Source: Octopus vulgaris
Lineage: Eukaryota
Length of the DNA stretch: 64,000 nt
Assembly (NCBI GenBank): GCA_951406725.2
Contig: OX597822.1
Span: 93,248,001-93,312,000 of the forward strand
Direction of reading: 5' to 3'
The notes beneath the pieces are model-generated. The model did not search any database. It worked only from the letters and a program-made list of their open reading frames with translations, and had not been told where the DNA came from. The translations under genes were made by a program, and so were the position numbers. Positions 11,169 to 25,538 of the stretch are shown piece by piece; the first letter of the stretch is position 1, and each line of letters begins with the position of its first letter.

Positions 11169-11170
11169 CA
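10940..11170. repeat. Compound (TATG)n(TATC)n(TACA)n microsatellite
   Basis: Seen directly. Confidence 0.95.
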
Positions 11171-11519
11171 TAGCATACTTACTAAAGACGTACATAGTCA
11201 GTAATAAAGCTAGGGTTAGCGAGGTATTTTTTTTCTTATCAAAAGTGCTCAACAAAGTTCACATAAATTACGAATTATTTGGGGCTACGGCATGAATCTA
11301 AAAAGGGAAAGAATGAAAGGAGAAAGTCAACTCCGGGTATAACGAAAGAAAGGAAATATTAGAGATAAAGTCTTCCGCTACAAAATATTCTATTTCTACA
11401 GCCGAGTCTCTTATCGGCCGATGTGTAAAACATGACCAGCAGTCACATTTCATACTCTCAGCCGCTCAGTGGTAGATATAAAACCTTCTTTAACGGTGAA
11501 ATATAATAAGATATACGTA

Positions 11520-11940
11520 CAGGGTGTCCCCCAAAATTGACTTAATTTGAAATGTGAATACCTAAGTAACAACATGTCTGAGGCAAACGAAATTGAACAA
11601 CGATAAAAGATTGATCAAAATTCGAACGAGAGATTCAGAGGAATGTAGATTTTATAACTGATTTTATGTACAATGTTCAATATGTACACTGCCTCTGACA
11701 CGGCACACGTCAAGTTGGTAGTCCAGCTCCTGCCAAATACACTGTAGCATGTTTTGTGTAGCAATCTCCAGGAGCTCACTGAACTCTGCTAGAGTTCTTC
11801 TAGGCTTCTAGGAAGAGGGTGTGTGTGAATATAGACTAATCCTTTCACATAGCCCCATAAAAAATTAAAAAAATCTCAAGGTTTCAAGTCAGGTGTGGGT
11901 GGTGGTCATTTCAACAGCACATTGTCATTATCACTGGCTA
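11520..11940 (-). mobile_element. Tc1/mariner-superfamily transposon 3' fragment
   Basis: Minus strand reads LK*PPPTPDLKP*DFFNFLWGYVKGLVY and MLQCIWQELDYQLDVCRVRGSVHIEH (WPPRSPDL.P.DFFLWG motif). TIR-like TA-CAGGGTGTCCCCCAAAA at 11518. Confidence 0.8.
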
Positions 11941-12178
11941 GTTTTTACACATTTTGTTAAAATCTGAAATCATTTGAGCGAGAATTGGGTGTTATTAGAC
12001 TCTGAAATGATGTCTATTTTTTTTTTGGCGGGGGTTGAGACATCCTATATATTCTATTGTATATAGTATAGACATAATGAAAGGATATCATAGTATATTC
12101 ATTCTGCTTGGTATAGATGGTGGTGACGCGGTAGAAAGTAAAGTAAAAACAGAGAAAGAGAAAAGCATCGTGGTTAAA

Positions 12179-12500
12179 GGCGTAGGTGTGGCTGTGTGGT
12201 TAGAAGTTTGCTTCCCAACCACATGGTTCCGGGTTCAGTCCCACTGCATAGCACCTTGGATAAGTGTTTTCTACTTACAGCTTCGGACTGACCAAAGCCT
12301 TGTGAGTGGATTTTGGAAGATGGAAACTGAAAGAAGCCCGTTGTGCTTTTCCCCTCCCCACCTACCATTTGACAACTGGAGCCCCATAGAGCAAGTACAA
12401 GTACTTTAAAAATTAAATACTGGAGTCGATTCATTCGATTAAAACTCTTCAAAGCAGTGCTCCAGCATGGTCGCAGTCTGACGAATAAAAGAAGTAAAAC
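12179..12500 (+). mobile_element. SINE family A diverged copy
   Basis: Family A head and tail; the middle is shortened. Confidence 0.8.
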
Positions 12501-12505
12501 AAAAG

Positions 12506-12634
12506 CTACCAACCACACAGTTTCGGGTTCAGTCCCACTGCGTGGCACCTTGGGCAAGTCTCTTCTACTATAGCCTCGGGCCGACCAAAGCCTTGTGAGT
12601 GGATTTGGTAGACAGAAACTGAAAGAAGCCCGTC

Positions 12635-12712
<78 letters not shown>

Positions 12713-12914
12713 CTGTGTTTGTCTCCCCAACATCGCTTGACAACCGATGCTGGTGTGTGTTTACGTCCCCGTTACTTAGCGGTTCGGCAAAAGAGACCGA
12801 TAGGATAAGTACTAGGCTTACAAAGAATAAGTCCTGGGGTCGATTTGCTCGACTAAAAAGGCGGTGCTCCAGCATGGCCGCAGTCAAATGACTGAAACAA
12901 GTAAAAGAGAAAGA
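12506..12914 (+). mobile_element. SINE family A copy, 5'-truncated
   Basis: Matches 9186-9618 with a long (TA)n(TG)n tract. Confidence 0.9.
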
Positions 12915-13195
12915 GATACACAGACAAACCAATTTCTACTTTTGAAACAACGCCGCCCAACGAATAATAAACTCAACAAACAGCTCATATGTGGAACAGA
13001 AGGAGACCAAATTCTCACTTCAAAAGAATTCTTTTAAACAAAGTACGTTCGACAAAATTCCTTTGTTTTTCGCGTCTTAAAAGTAATTTCTTTTATTTTC
13101 TAAAAAACATGTATTTATCTGTTTATTTATCTATCACTTCATCTTTTTTCATTCCAGCAGTTCTGCCCGTGAAATCCATTGTTTGTTAATCATGG

Positions 13196-13506
<311 letters not shown>

Positions 13507-13544
13507 TTTAAAAAGAAACTTTTCATTCTAACATGTTTTTTTCA

Positions 13545-13749
13545 TTCTTTTATTCGTTTCAGTCAATTGACTGCGGCCATGCTGGAGCACCGCTTTTAGT
13601 CGAACAAATCGACCCCGGGACTTATTCTTTGTAAGCCTAGTACTTATTCTATCGGTCTCCTGTTGCCAAATCGCTAAGTTACGGGGACGTAAACACACCA
13701 ACATCGGTTGTCAAGCGATAGTGGGGAACAACCACAGACACACAAACTT

Positions 13750-13803
<54 letters not shown>

Positions 13804-13999
13804 GAATATATATATATATATATATGTATACATAGATATATATACGACAGGCTTCCTTCAGTTTCCGTCTACTTAATCCACTTACAAGGCTTTGGTCAGG
13901 CCGAGGCTATAGTAGAAGATACTTGTTCAAGATGCCACGCAATGGGACTGAAGCCGGAACCATGTAGTTGGTAAGCAAGCTACTTACCACACAACCACT
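13545..13999 (-). mobile_element. SINE family A copy
   Basis: Reverse complement of family A. Confidence 0.88.
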
Positions 14000-14500
14000 T
14001 TTGTTTTGTTATTTTTATTTGCATTAATTTTTTTCTGCTATGTTTTGTTTTTTTCTTTTCTGACTGTTCTGTCTCTCCATAAGGTCGCTCATTTGGCATG
14101 AAACTAGGGTTGACTAACAACTTCACATTAGGTACAGATGTCTTAAACGACCTGTCTGTCTGCTAACAGAATAAACGCCGAGCTGATGAGTAAGCATCTA
14201 TCTGGTTGATGTAACTGTAAATCGTCTTCAAATCATGTCCTACTTTCTTAAAAAAGAAGAAATGTGTTTGCATGATAATGTACTCCGAGAAATACTTCGT
14301 ACATGGAATACAGACGAGATGCATATGACTGGGAAGCCTTAGGTCATAGATCTACTCAGTTGGGACTAACATGAGGATTAGCAAGAAAGGGAAGCAAAAT
14401 TAAAACAAGAAAAAACATGGTGATGATGTTCTTGATGGTGATGATGATGACGATGATGACGACGACGCCGATGATGATGTTGATGATGATGATGATGATG

Positions 14501-14600
14501 ATTTCTTTATTTGCTACCAGGGCGACGGTGGAGGGGCACGATACAAAAGCAGGCAGAAAATGTGGGAATTTGGAATTGAGTGATTAAAGAATAATAAACA
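14501..14600 (-). mobile_element. Short Tx1-like LINE 3' end running into (ATC)n
   Basis: Minus strand GTGCCCCTCCACCGTCGCCCTGGTAGCAAATAAAGAAATCATCATC resembles the ends at 16044 and 20097. Confidence 0.5.
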
Positions 14601-15019
14601 AGATCATGGTCTCTCAGGAACGAATTTTAGTAGCTGAGAAACAAACCTGAGAAAGAAGAAACTTACCACACAGCCACTCCTGTGCCTATGTTGAAACATT
14701 ATAAACAACTGACATTCTAGAAAGGTCTTACATAATCACCGCAACCAAAAACTATTACTTTCTCAAGAGAACTAAACTGTATGTGACAAAGATATATGTG
14801 ATATCCTTTAACGAGTGTGGACATAGCGTAAAGATTGACCGTACATACAGAATGTATTGAAATATTTTCGTTACCGCTATCAATACAGTAACTATACAAA
14901 TGCTCTATAATTCTTATAAGCATTAACTTAATATCTTTAAGCTTTCATAATACTTTCGACATTGACTTGTGGTTATTCAGGTTTATCAATTCAGCATCGT
15001 ACACGTATCCATGTAAAAT

Positions 15020-15237
15020 ATCCTTTTCTACTCTAAGAACAAGGCCCGAAATTTTGGAGGAGGAGGCCAGTCGATTAAATCGATCCCAGTACGCAACTGG
15101 TACTCAATTTATCGACCTCGAAAGGATGAAAGGCAAAGTCGACCTGGCGGAATTTGAACTCAGAACATAAAGACAGAACGTAAATACTGCTAAGCATTTT
15201 GCCCGTCGTGCTAACGTTTCTGCCAGCTCGCCGCCTT
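15020..15237 (-). mobile_element. SINE family B monomer with tail 2
   Basis: Reverse complement of the B head and body ending in GGCCTTGTTCTTAGAGTAGAAAAGGAT. Confidence 0.85.
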
Positions 15238-15459
15238 GCATAATCTAAAATAATGCCTCTATCAGAAATGTACTCTTGTAGGTATCAAAGAACTGCAAAG
15301 TTCTTTGCAACACATGTAGAATTTAGCACAAAATAAAACCCCTGCTAGTTCATTATATATAACGAAATTATATGTGCAGGCTTAACTGCGTGGTTGAGAA
15401 GTTCGTTTCGAAATCATGTGGTTCCGGGTTCTATGTCGCTAAACGGTAGCTTGTAGAGT

Positions 15460-16065
15460 TACGTCGCGCAGTTGTTACCGAATGTGGGACAAATCTACCG
15501 AACAGCCGAATCTGTCAAGGAGGTGGCCCCCACCACGCTTAACAAAGCACGGCAGGTGGTGTTCCTCTGTCTTGTGGCTATTGTAAAAGGAGTTTGTAGT
15601 GGACGAGGCTGGAAAGTTTGAAAAAAGATCCCTTTCTCTTCGATCAAGCCTCATCGACTTTTTCTAAGTTTCAATTAAAAAGGAAAGTGAAAGTAGAGAG
15701 GAAAGTGCTACCTCCCAGTGAATTTGTGAAAAGATGGGTGACAATGGCAAAATGGCAAAAATAGTTAGTCTAAGCTTACACTTGTAGATTGGAGAGTAAC
15801 AGTTGGGAAGGGCTCATACCTTTGGTGGTCAGGGTAATCCTGGGTTTGTGGGGTTTCTTGATTGGCCCTAGTTAGAGTTTCTCCTGTATCAGGGAGACTG
15901 CATCACTCATATTATCACATACTTTGTATATTATGTATACTTTTAACGCATCTCGCTGTCTTTTCGATTTCTGTCTCCAAACCTTTTATGTAAAATCTCA
16001 CCCAAGTCGTTGACTCTCCTTGTATTGTCTTTTTCATCGACATCCCTGTGGCTAATAAAAGAAAT

Positions 16066-16066
<1 letters not shown>
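15460..16066 (+). mobile_element. Tx1/L1-like LINE ORF2 C-terminus and 3' UTR
   Basis: Frameshifted VVFLCLVAIVK..WTRLESL..SLIDFF..FQLKRKVKVERKVLPPSEFVKRWV resembles Tx1-clade ORF2 ends (K..IW..R and F..RW). Ends CCCTGTGGCTAATAAAAGAA then (ATC)n. Clade assignment is from recall. Confidence 0.65.
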
Positions 16067-17385
<1,319 letters not shown>

Positions 17386-18489
17386 TTCGTCCCTTTTCTG
17401 CATAGATTCTACTTTTGTTCACTGACTGGGTTTTATGAATCATTGCCTTTATTAAATTGGTCTTAACAAACCTGCTCTTAAGAGGCTATAATAAAGGTAA
17501 AAATAAAATATTTCCACTTTGCACAGTTCGAGTCGAGTACTCCCTCGCACGCTCCGTTGACTCGAACCTTGCTTCTATTGTGGCGAATTTACCGCCTCTA
17601 GTTAGATATCTTTCATAGTCGCACCAAGACACTTTTCGATGGATCTTTTCTCCAGGTGTTCAAATCTTTTTTTTTTTCTCTACATTATATACTTTATAGA
17701 CAATAGTCTTTTCTTTAATTTAATTTTTTATTTCGTTTGGTGGTGTTATCCTAGATTCATCGTCTTTGTCGGTGATCAATCCGTATTTCTTCCATTTTAA
17801 TTTCAATGAGTTCGCGCCCACCGACGGCTGCAGCGAAATTCATTTTTGGACTTTCTTTTATCGAAGGCATTCTAACAAAAATGCTTCCGTGTAAAAGGTG
17901 AAAATATTGTCAATTTCCCCAAACAGGGACACAATTCAATTTTTAAACAATAACCAAAGCTCCTTCTTCCAAAGGGGGAGGGTTACACTTTACAATTATT
18001 TAACAAATGCAACACAACAATGTTTCCTTTACGAGGAACCAACAAACGTGATAACAATAGTTAAACAGTAATAATAATTACTTATGACAAACCTTACGAT
18101 GAGTAAGAAAGCAGTAAGCAGTTTAAGCTTTAGTCCTTTATGTATAAGAAATAAACCAACAGGAGCGGCTGTTCAAGAAAACAGATATTACATACAGCCA
18201 AACTACATATAGATACTTAATGCTAGCTAATTAGCAGATAATCTAATGTAAAAGTCGTGGTAAAGGGTATTGCACACCTTCATCTGGACTATTCCATTTC
18301 TGCACGCTAATTTTATTTTTAATTTATTCCCATTCATGCGAAACCACTTATTCAAGTTCAAGTCATTGATGCAATTTTATACCAATTGCTATTTTTACTT
18401 TTGTTATGTTACAATTATATTATACTTTAGTTTGATTTTAATTATTACTTACTACATATAATTCAATCGTTATTATTATTTTTATTGTT

Positions 18490-18738
18490 AAAGTGAAAGC
18501 ATCTCACATAAAATAGAGAAATGTTTTTGTTTCACTTTTAACACGTAATACTGAAATAGTGGAGAAGATATGATATTGCTATGGGCCCGCTCTAGGCAAG
18601 AAGTTGAACATTTTTTTGCCGATGACACTCCCCGGACCCTAAGTAAGGCATGTGTAAAATTTGAATGAAATTTGTTGTGTTGTTCTCAAGTTTTAGTGAA
18701 ACAGACAGACACACATTCTCAGTTTGACATATATAGAG
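18490..18738 (-). mobile_element. Probable non-autonomous Helitron 5' fragment
   Basis: Minus strand starts TCTATATATGTCAAACTGAGAATGTGTGTCTGTCTG, similar to the Helitron 5' ends at 36662 and 38940. Confidence 0.5.
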
Positions 18739-18744
18739 GTATAA

Positions 18745-18900
18745 TACGATGGGCTTCTTTCAGTTTCTGTCTACCATGTCCACTCACAAGGCTTTGGTCG
18801 GCTCGAGGCTATAGCAGAAGACACTTGCCCAAGGTGCCACGCAGTTGGACTGAACCTGGAACCATGTGGTTGGGAAGCAAGCTTCTTACTACACAGCCAC
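18745..18900 (-). mobile_element. SINE family A head fragment
   Basis: Reverse complement of the family A head. Confidence 0.85.
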
Positions 18901-19021
18901 ACACATGCACCAAATAACAAATGTGTGTGTGTGTGTGTGTGTGTGTATACATATTAACTTCAAGAAGGAAAAGGTTGAAAGATACTTCGAAGTTTCGGTT
19001 TGCTCCTTCATCAGAATAATG

Positions 19022-19093
<72 letters not shown>

Positions 19094-19106
19094 GTCTGTC
19101 TATCTA

Positions 19107-19137
<31 letters not shown>

Positions 19138-19154
19138 GTCTGTCTGTCTGTCTA

Positions 19155-19233
<79 letters not shown>

Positions 19234-19234
19234 G

Positions 19235-19317
<83 letters not shown>

Positions 19318-19384
19318 GTCTGTCTGTCTGTCTGTCTATCTGTCTGTCTGTCTGTCTATCTGTCTGTCTGTCTGTCTATCTGAG

Positions 19385-19417
<33 letters not shown>

Positions 19418-19439
19418 GTCTGTCTGTCTGTCTGTCTGT

Positions 19440-19471
<32 letters not shown>
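19022..19471. repeat. (TCTA)n/(TCTG)n microsatellite
   Basis: Seen directly. Confidence 0.95.
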
Positions 19472-19778
19472 TGACCGAGGTTACCGTGGTCTTTTCCGTA
19501 GGCTTTTCTTTCCACGGGTAAACCTCACCTGTCCTCCCCTTTACACTTCATATTGACATTTCTGTGATAACGATCCCTATTGATCAATTTTTTTTCCTCT
19601 CCCCCTTTTTTTTAACCCCTTTTTTTTGTCCTCTTTCTCTCCTTTTACGACCCCTTTTGATCGAAACTCCCCCTTCCTTTTTCTTTTTTTTTTTTTTTTT
19701 TTTAAACCTTCAAAAGAAAAGCTCTACCTTATAATTTGTTCTATCTGTGTGCAGCCCTGTGTGGCTAATAAAGAAACA

Positions 19779-19845
<67 letters not shown>

Positions 19846-20122
19846 TTTTGACCTCATGTGTTTATTTCCTCCCTGACTGGGGTTCCCGTGGTCTTTTCTG
19901 TAGGCTTTTCTTCCCACGGATGAACCCAATCTTGTTATATCAATGTTTACACCATTATTTCTGTGATACACGATTTTCCTTTTTTTCCTTTTTTTTTCCT
20001 CCTCTCGATCCCTTTTGATCGCAATCTTACATTTTTTATTTTTTTTCCACCCTCGAAAAGAAAAGCTCTGCATTTGTATTTGTCCCCTCTGTATTCAGCC
20101 CTGTGTGGCTAATAAAAGAAAG
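19472..20122 (+). mobile_element. Two tandem Tx1-like 3' UTR fragments (19472-19776 and ~19848-20122) separated by (TATC)n
   Basis: Both contain CCGTGGTCTTTTC(C/T)GTAGGCTTTTCTT(T/C)CCACGG and end CAGCCCTGTGTGGCTAATAAA(A)GAAA, matching the end of 15460-16066. Confidence 0.65.
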
Positions 20123-20260
20123 TTATCTATTTACCAACCATATATACATTTACCAATGTATATATGTGTGACATATTCGTATTAATATGTAATCGGGTGT
20201 AGTATTAGTTGTATGTATGTATGTATGCTGCGTGCACTGATAGATACAAAGGCAGTGTGC

Positions 20261-20293
<33 letters not shown>

Positions 20294-20434
20294 CGTGCGC
20301 GCGTGCGCGAATTGGAAGATTATAACAAATGTATTGAAGCTATCTTATGTTTCAGCGAAGCTCATAAGTCTGTCGAGAATCCTGTGGAAGGCCAGATGGC
20401 GAGTGAATGGTGGTGGCTGGTATTGGTAGAGAGA

Positions 20435-20499
<65 letters not shown>

Positions 20500-20750
20500 T
20501 AGAGAGAGAGACAGAGACAGAGACAGGGAGAGAGAGACAGAGACAGGGAAACAGAGACAGAGACAGGGAGAGAGAGACAGGGAGAGAAGGAGGGAGGGAA
20601 AGAGACATGCATGCTCGAATGCATATATATTTGTATATGTGTGTGTGTGTTCGCGCGCGCGCGTGTGGGAGTGAGTGTGTACGTGTGATGTGTGTGTGTG
20701 TACATGCGTGCGTGTGTGTATGTGTGCGAGACCGTGCGCGCGTGAATATA

Positions 20751-20788
<38 letters not shown>

Positions 20789-20816
20789 TACACATATATG
20801 TATAATACACACACAT

Positions 20817-20863
<47 letters not shown>

Positions 20864-20916
20864 TTTATATATGTACACATACATACATACATACATACAT
20901 ACATACATACATTTAT

Positions 20917-20949
<33 letters not shown>

Positions 20950-21274
20950 TAGAGAAAGAGAGAAAGAAAGAGCGGAAGAGAGAGAGAAAGAGAGAGTTAG
21001 AAAGAAAGACAAAGATGGGAGATGGACTTTTGAACATCTTCATTCTCCTTTTACATTTCCCTTCCTTCCTACCAAGCAGCAAACCCCTGCCAGATGGTTA
21101 TTTTCTTGCCAACATAAGCGGACCGTCACAAATAAAACGCGTTGGTCGCAAAAGTTCTATTGAATGGCGAACACAGCGCCCTCTCTTCAAATGTCAGAAT
21201 TCAACTTTCCTCATGGCCGACATATTTAGTTTATTTTATTACTTGTTTATTGACTCTTTCATTAACTCTTTCTC

Positions 21275-21445
21275 TTTTCTCTTTTACTTGTTTCAGTCAT
21301 TTGACTGCGGCCATGCTGGAGCACCGCCTTTAGTCGAGCCCAGTACTTATTCTATCGGTCTCTTTTGCCGAACCGCTAAGTGACGGGGACGTAAACACAC
21401 CAGCATCGGTTGTCAAGCAATGCTAGGGGGACAAACACAGACACA

Positions 21446-21520
<75 letters not shown>

Positions 21521-21677
21521 GACAGGCTTCTTTCAGTTTCCGTCTACCAAATCCACTCACAAGGCATTGGTCGGCCCGAGGCTATAGCAGAAGACACTTG
21601 CCCAAGATGCCACGCAGTGGACTGAACCCGCAACCATGTGGTTGGTTAGCAAGCTACTTACCACACAGCCATTCCTG
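21275..21677 (-). mobile_element. SINE family A copy
   Basis: Reverse complement of family A. An older tail fragment follows at about 21705-21870. Confidence 0.9.
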
Positions 21678-21897
21678 TTATATTTTACTTTTTTTTTTTT
21701 TTACCATCTTTACTATTCTAACATGTTCGTTCATTGGATCATAGCCATGCTGGAGTAGTTTCTTCATGCTTTAACCAACTCTGGTACTTATTTTATATCG
21801 ATCTCTGTGTGCTGAGCCGATAAGTTACGGGACATAACGGAGTCTAGAATAAACAACACGTTATGTTTTAGACCGAAGTAAACATAAAAACACTTTT

Positions 21898-21940
<43 letters not shown>

Positions 21941-22202
21941 TACACATACGGTTGTATTGTTTTGTATATATATATACACGTGTGTGTATACATATACACA
22001 TATACATATAAATGTATATGTATATATACATACACATACACACATATATATATATATACACATATGTACATCGAAGCGTATGTATATGTATATACGTATA
22101 TGTATGTATATACCTATATGTATTTATATGTATGTATGTATGTATGTATGTAAGTATGTCTCTCTCACTCTCTCTTTCTCTCTCTCTCTCTTTATATATA
22201 TA

Positions 22203-22865
22203 CAGGCATACCTCGTCTTAAGGCGCTTCGATTTAAGTCGTTCCCGATTATAAGTCGGTTTTCAAAAATAATATATAGAAAAATAAAAATCAAGTTAAGT
22301 CATCTTACCCGACTTTACGTCTGTCTGCCACAAATTTTGGAATCGTAAAATCACTAGAAAACCATTAAAAGCACATAAAATCATGTTACTAGAAATAAAT
22401 AAGAATAAAAGCATATAAAATCTTATTAAAATACGTACAGTAAATGTTAAGATACACACCATAAAGTAGTGTAGCTTAGTGAGCGAAATCATGAAATCAG
22501 TTGTGTTGTCTTATTCATCGGTGTTTCGGAGCTCATATTGCACTGTAGTTCCAATATCTACCGTTAGGCGTCGTTGTCACTCGTGATTCCCGCGATTGTT
22601 TTGGCTTCAGATTTGTTCACGTCTATTAATCGGCTACTTTCTCATTCTCATTCATTTGTGACTATATTTTTTGCCTCCATGACTCCTAAAAAAATTCATA
22701 GTGTAAGTGCTAAGCGTCATGCTATAAAGCTGGAAGATATACTGGCCATGATAAAACGCCATGAAAAAGGTGAAAAAGTGGTAGCAATTGCAGGATCTTT
22801 TGGGATGAGTCGGGCAACTGTATCGACGATTGTACATAATAAGGACAAGATTTTAGCACACATGG
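22203..22865 (+). mobile_element. Tigger/pogo transposon 5' fragment
   Basis: TA followed by TIR CAGGCATACCTCG. ORF from ATG 22679 reads MTPKK..KRHAIKLEDILAMIKRHEKGEKVVAIAGSFGMSRATVSTIVHNKDKI (CENP-B/psq-type HTH). Confidence 0.85.
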
Positions 22866-22929
22866 TTTTTTATTAACCATGCATTCATAAATAAACTACA
22901 GAACTGGGAATGGTTATCATTGGTTTAGC

Positions 22930-23621
22930 CTAGAGACAAGTAAATTTGCCGTAGCCTAGCCTAGTGACAAGTTTTTGAAAAGTCGACCTTCATTTCAGAC
23001 GATTTTGTATGTGTATTGTTTTTATAAAGGAGGCCTTTTAATTGATGTCATTGGTTTATTGACCTTTTTCAGAAGATGACATCGGGTAGTTCTGGACACA
23101 GTTTTTTTTTTTTTTGCCAATGCGCTTAAAATGTTCTCCACTTGTAAGACCTAGCTTCTTTATAGTTTCACGCTTACTTCGTGACAGAGAGCGTTAAGAA
23201 ATGCCCTCGACTGACCCTTGTCGGCTCTCTTACGTATCTTCGTAGGAGCTGTAGCAAATTTTTTCACTGTTTGGTGATATATTCCAATTATTTTAGATAT
23301 TTCTAATTTTGATTTAGATTTTGAAAGTTCAGCAGAAATAGATTTCTGTGAAGCACTGAAGTCACATTTACGACCCATAATTACAAGATTATCAGACCAT
23401 TCGTTAATAATTTGGAACACTGAAATTTCGTGGAAATATTGCAAATGGCCGTGGTTTGCTTACACTTCCGAAAAAATTCACGATTTTTACATATGACGGG
23501 CATATAACTTGCCATAATTCTGTGGAAATTTCGTTGAATTCCAACGAGTATTTTTGAAAAAAAAAAAAAACCAAAACAAAATAAAACAAATGTCGCCCTG
23601 TTAGTGATTTGAAACGCAGTG
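22930..23621 (-). mobile_element. Tc1-like transposon 5' fragment
   Basis: TIR-like TA-CACTGCGTTTCAAATCACTAACA. Translation MGRKCDFSASQKSISAELSKSKSKLEISKIIGIYHQTVKKF..RKRADKG, later MKVDFSK. Confidence 0.75.
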
Positions 23622-23673
<52 letters not shown>

Positions 23674-23680
23674 TTCGTTT

Positions 23681-23716
<36 letters not shown>

Positions 23717-23861
23717 TAAAACGGTAAGATAACAAAAGAAAGAAAGAGACCTCAATATTATGTAAATAGAGGAAATTTATCTATAAAATAATATGTTACA
23801 TTACTCGATAGTCAAGATAAAACTCTGAGTTTTATCTTGACTATCGAGTAATGTAATGTAT

Positions 23862-23911
<50 letters not shown>

Positions 23912-23930
23912 ATATGTATATATACATATA

Positions 23931-24316
23931 GGCGCAGGATTGGCTTTGTGGTAAGAAGCTTACTTCTCAGCCACATGATTCCGGGTTCAGTCCCACTGCC
24001 TGGCACCTTGGGCAAGCATCTTCTACTATAGCCTCGGGCTGACCAAAGCCTTGTGAGTGGATTTGGTACACGGAAACTGAAAGAATCCCATCGTATATAC
24101 GTATTTGTGTGTCTGTGTTTGTCCCCCGACCATCGCTTGACGACCGATGTCAGTGTGTTTAGGTCCCCATAAACTAGCTGTTCGGCAAAAGAGGCCGATA
24201 GAATAAGTACTAGGCTTACAAAAAATAGGTCCTGCTGTCGATTTGTTTGACTAAAAGCGGTACTCCAGCCTGGCCGCAGTCAAATGGCCGAAACAAGTAA
24301 AAAGAATAAAAAAGAA
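23931..24316 (+). mobile_element. SINE family A copy
   Basis: Full-length match with a short internal microsatellite. Confidence 0.9.
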
Positions 24317-24331
24317 TATATATATATATGC

Positions 24332-24372
<41 letters not shown>

Positions 24373-24539
24373 TATGTATGTATGTATGTATCATGTATGA
24401 TATATATCTGTATTATGTATGTGTGTATATATGTATGTATGTAGTATGTAATAAATGTAATATTTGTATGGGCGTAAATGTATATATATATATTTATTTA
24501 TATATAAATACATGCATACATATACATACATACACACAA

Positions 24540-24580
<41 letters not shown>

Positions 24581-25105
24581 CACGAGTATTTTATAAGGTT
24601 ACTAGAAAACAGATGACACACATTTCTTTCCATCGGAAAGCAATGTGCATCAATGCATATATGCAATATTGTTAGTCATCAATAAACCATAAAAGAGAAT
24701 ATTTTTTCATCTGCAATTCTGACCTGTTGCTTTCAGAAGTGGAAGCTGTCTTGTTTGAGAACATAACATGACATGATGTATACGATTCTATTATGGAGAG
24801 CAAGGATGGCAAAGGCACTAAAACACAATTTGTGTATCTATAAGTATATAGATATCTATGAAAACACAGAGGCACACACATATATATATTTACATATTTG
24901 TACATAACAATATATGCATATATGTTTGTGCGTGTTTGTGGTGTCTGTGTGTATGTATACAATTCGATGAAAGTTAAGCAGAAGATACTATCAACATTCT
25001 TCTTGTTAAAGAATATGTAGTCCATAAAAAGTTGTGAAGTCCTTCAGTTTCATGTAAAATTGTTTTTTATAATATAACACACACACACACACAAACACAT
25101 ACACA

Positions 25106-25137
<32 letters not shown>

Positions 25138-25155
25138 AACACATACACATAATAC

Positions 25156-25187
<32 letters not shown>

Positions 25188-25195
<8 letters not shown>

Positions 25196-25420
25196 AAATA
25201 AGTCAAAATAGAAAATGCTAAAATAATTTTATAAAGAACATTTCAGTACATTTCAGTACATATTTGAACACTATACAAATATTCCTTTAAAAAAACATTT
25301 TTCTAAATTTAATTATTTAATCGTTACAGTTGAAAAGGTCTCAAAATGACTGAAACCGGTACTGAAATGTTCTTTATAAAATTAATTTATCATTTTCTAT
25401 TTTGACTTATTTTTTCATAT
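25188..25420 (+). mobile_element. Penelope-type terminal fragment with inverted duplication and degenerate hammerhead
   Basis: About 60-bp inverted arms (25189-25249 and 25359-25420). Motif CAG-TTGAAAA-GGTC..GACT-GAAACCGGTA-CTG. Sits in (TA)n. Confidence 0.6.
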
Positions 25421-25450
25421 ATATCAACTCGTGTGTTCCTTTTCATCCTT

Positions 25451-25537
<87 letters not shown>

Positions 25538-25538
<1 letters not shown>

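Noticed and set aside
21014-21383. ORF starting [19 protein letters not shown] with a signal-peptide look
   Set aside because: It runs into a SINE-A tail, has no recognisable domain and has no splice support.
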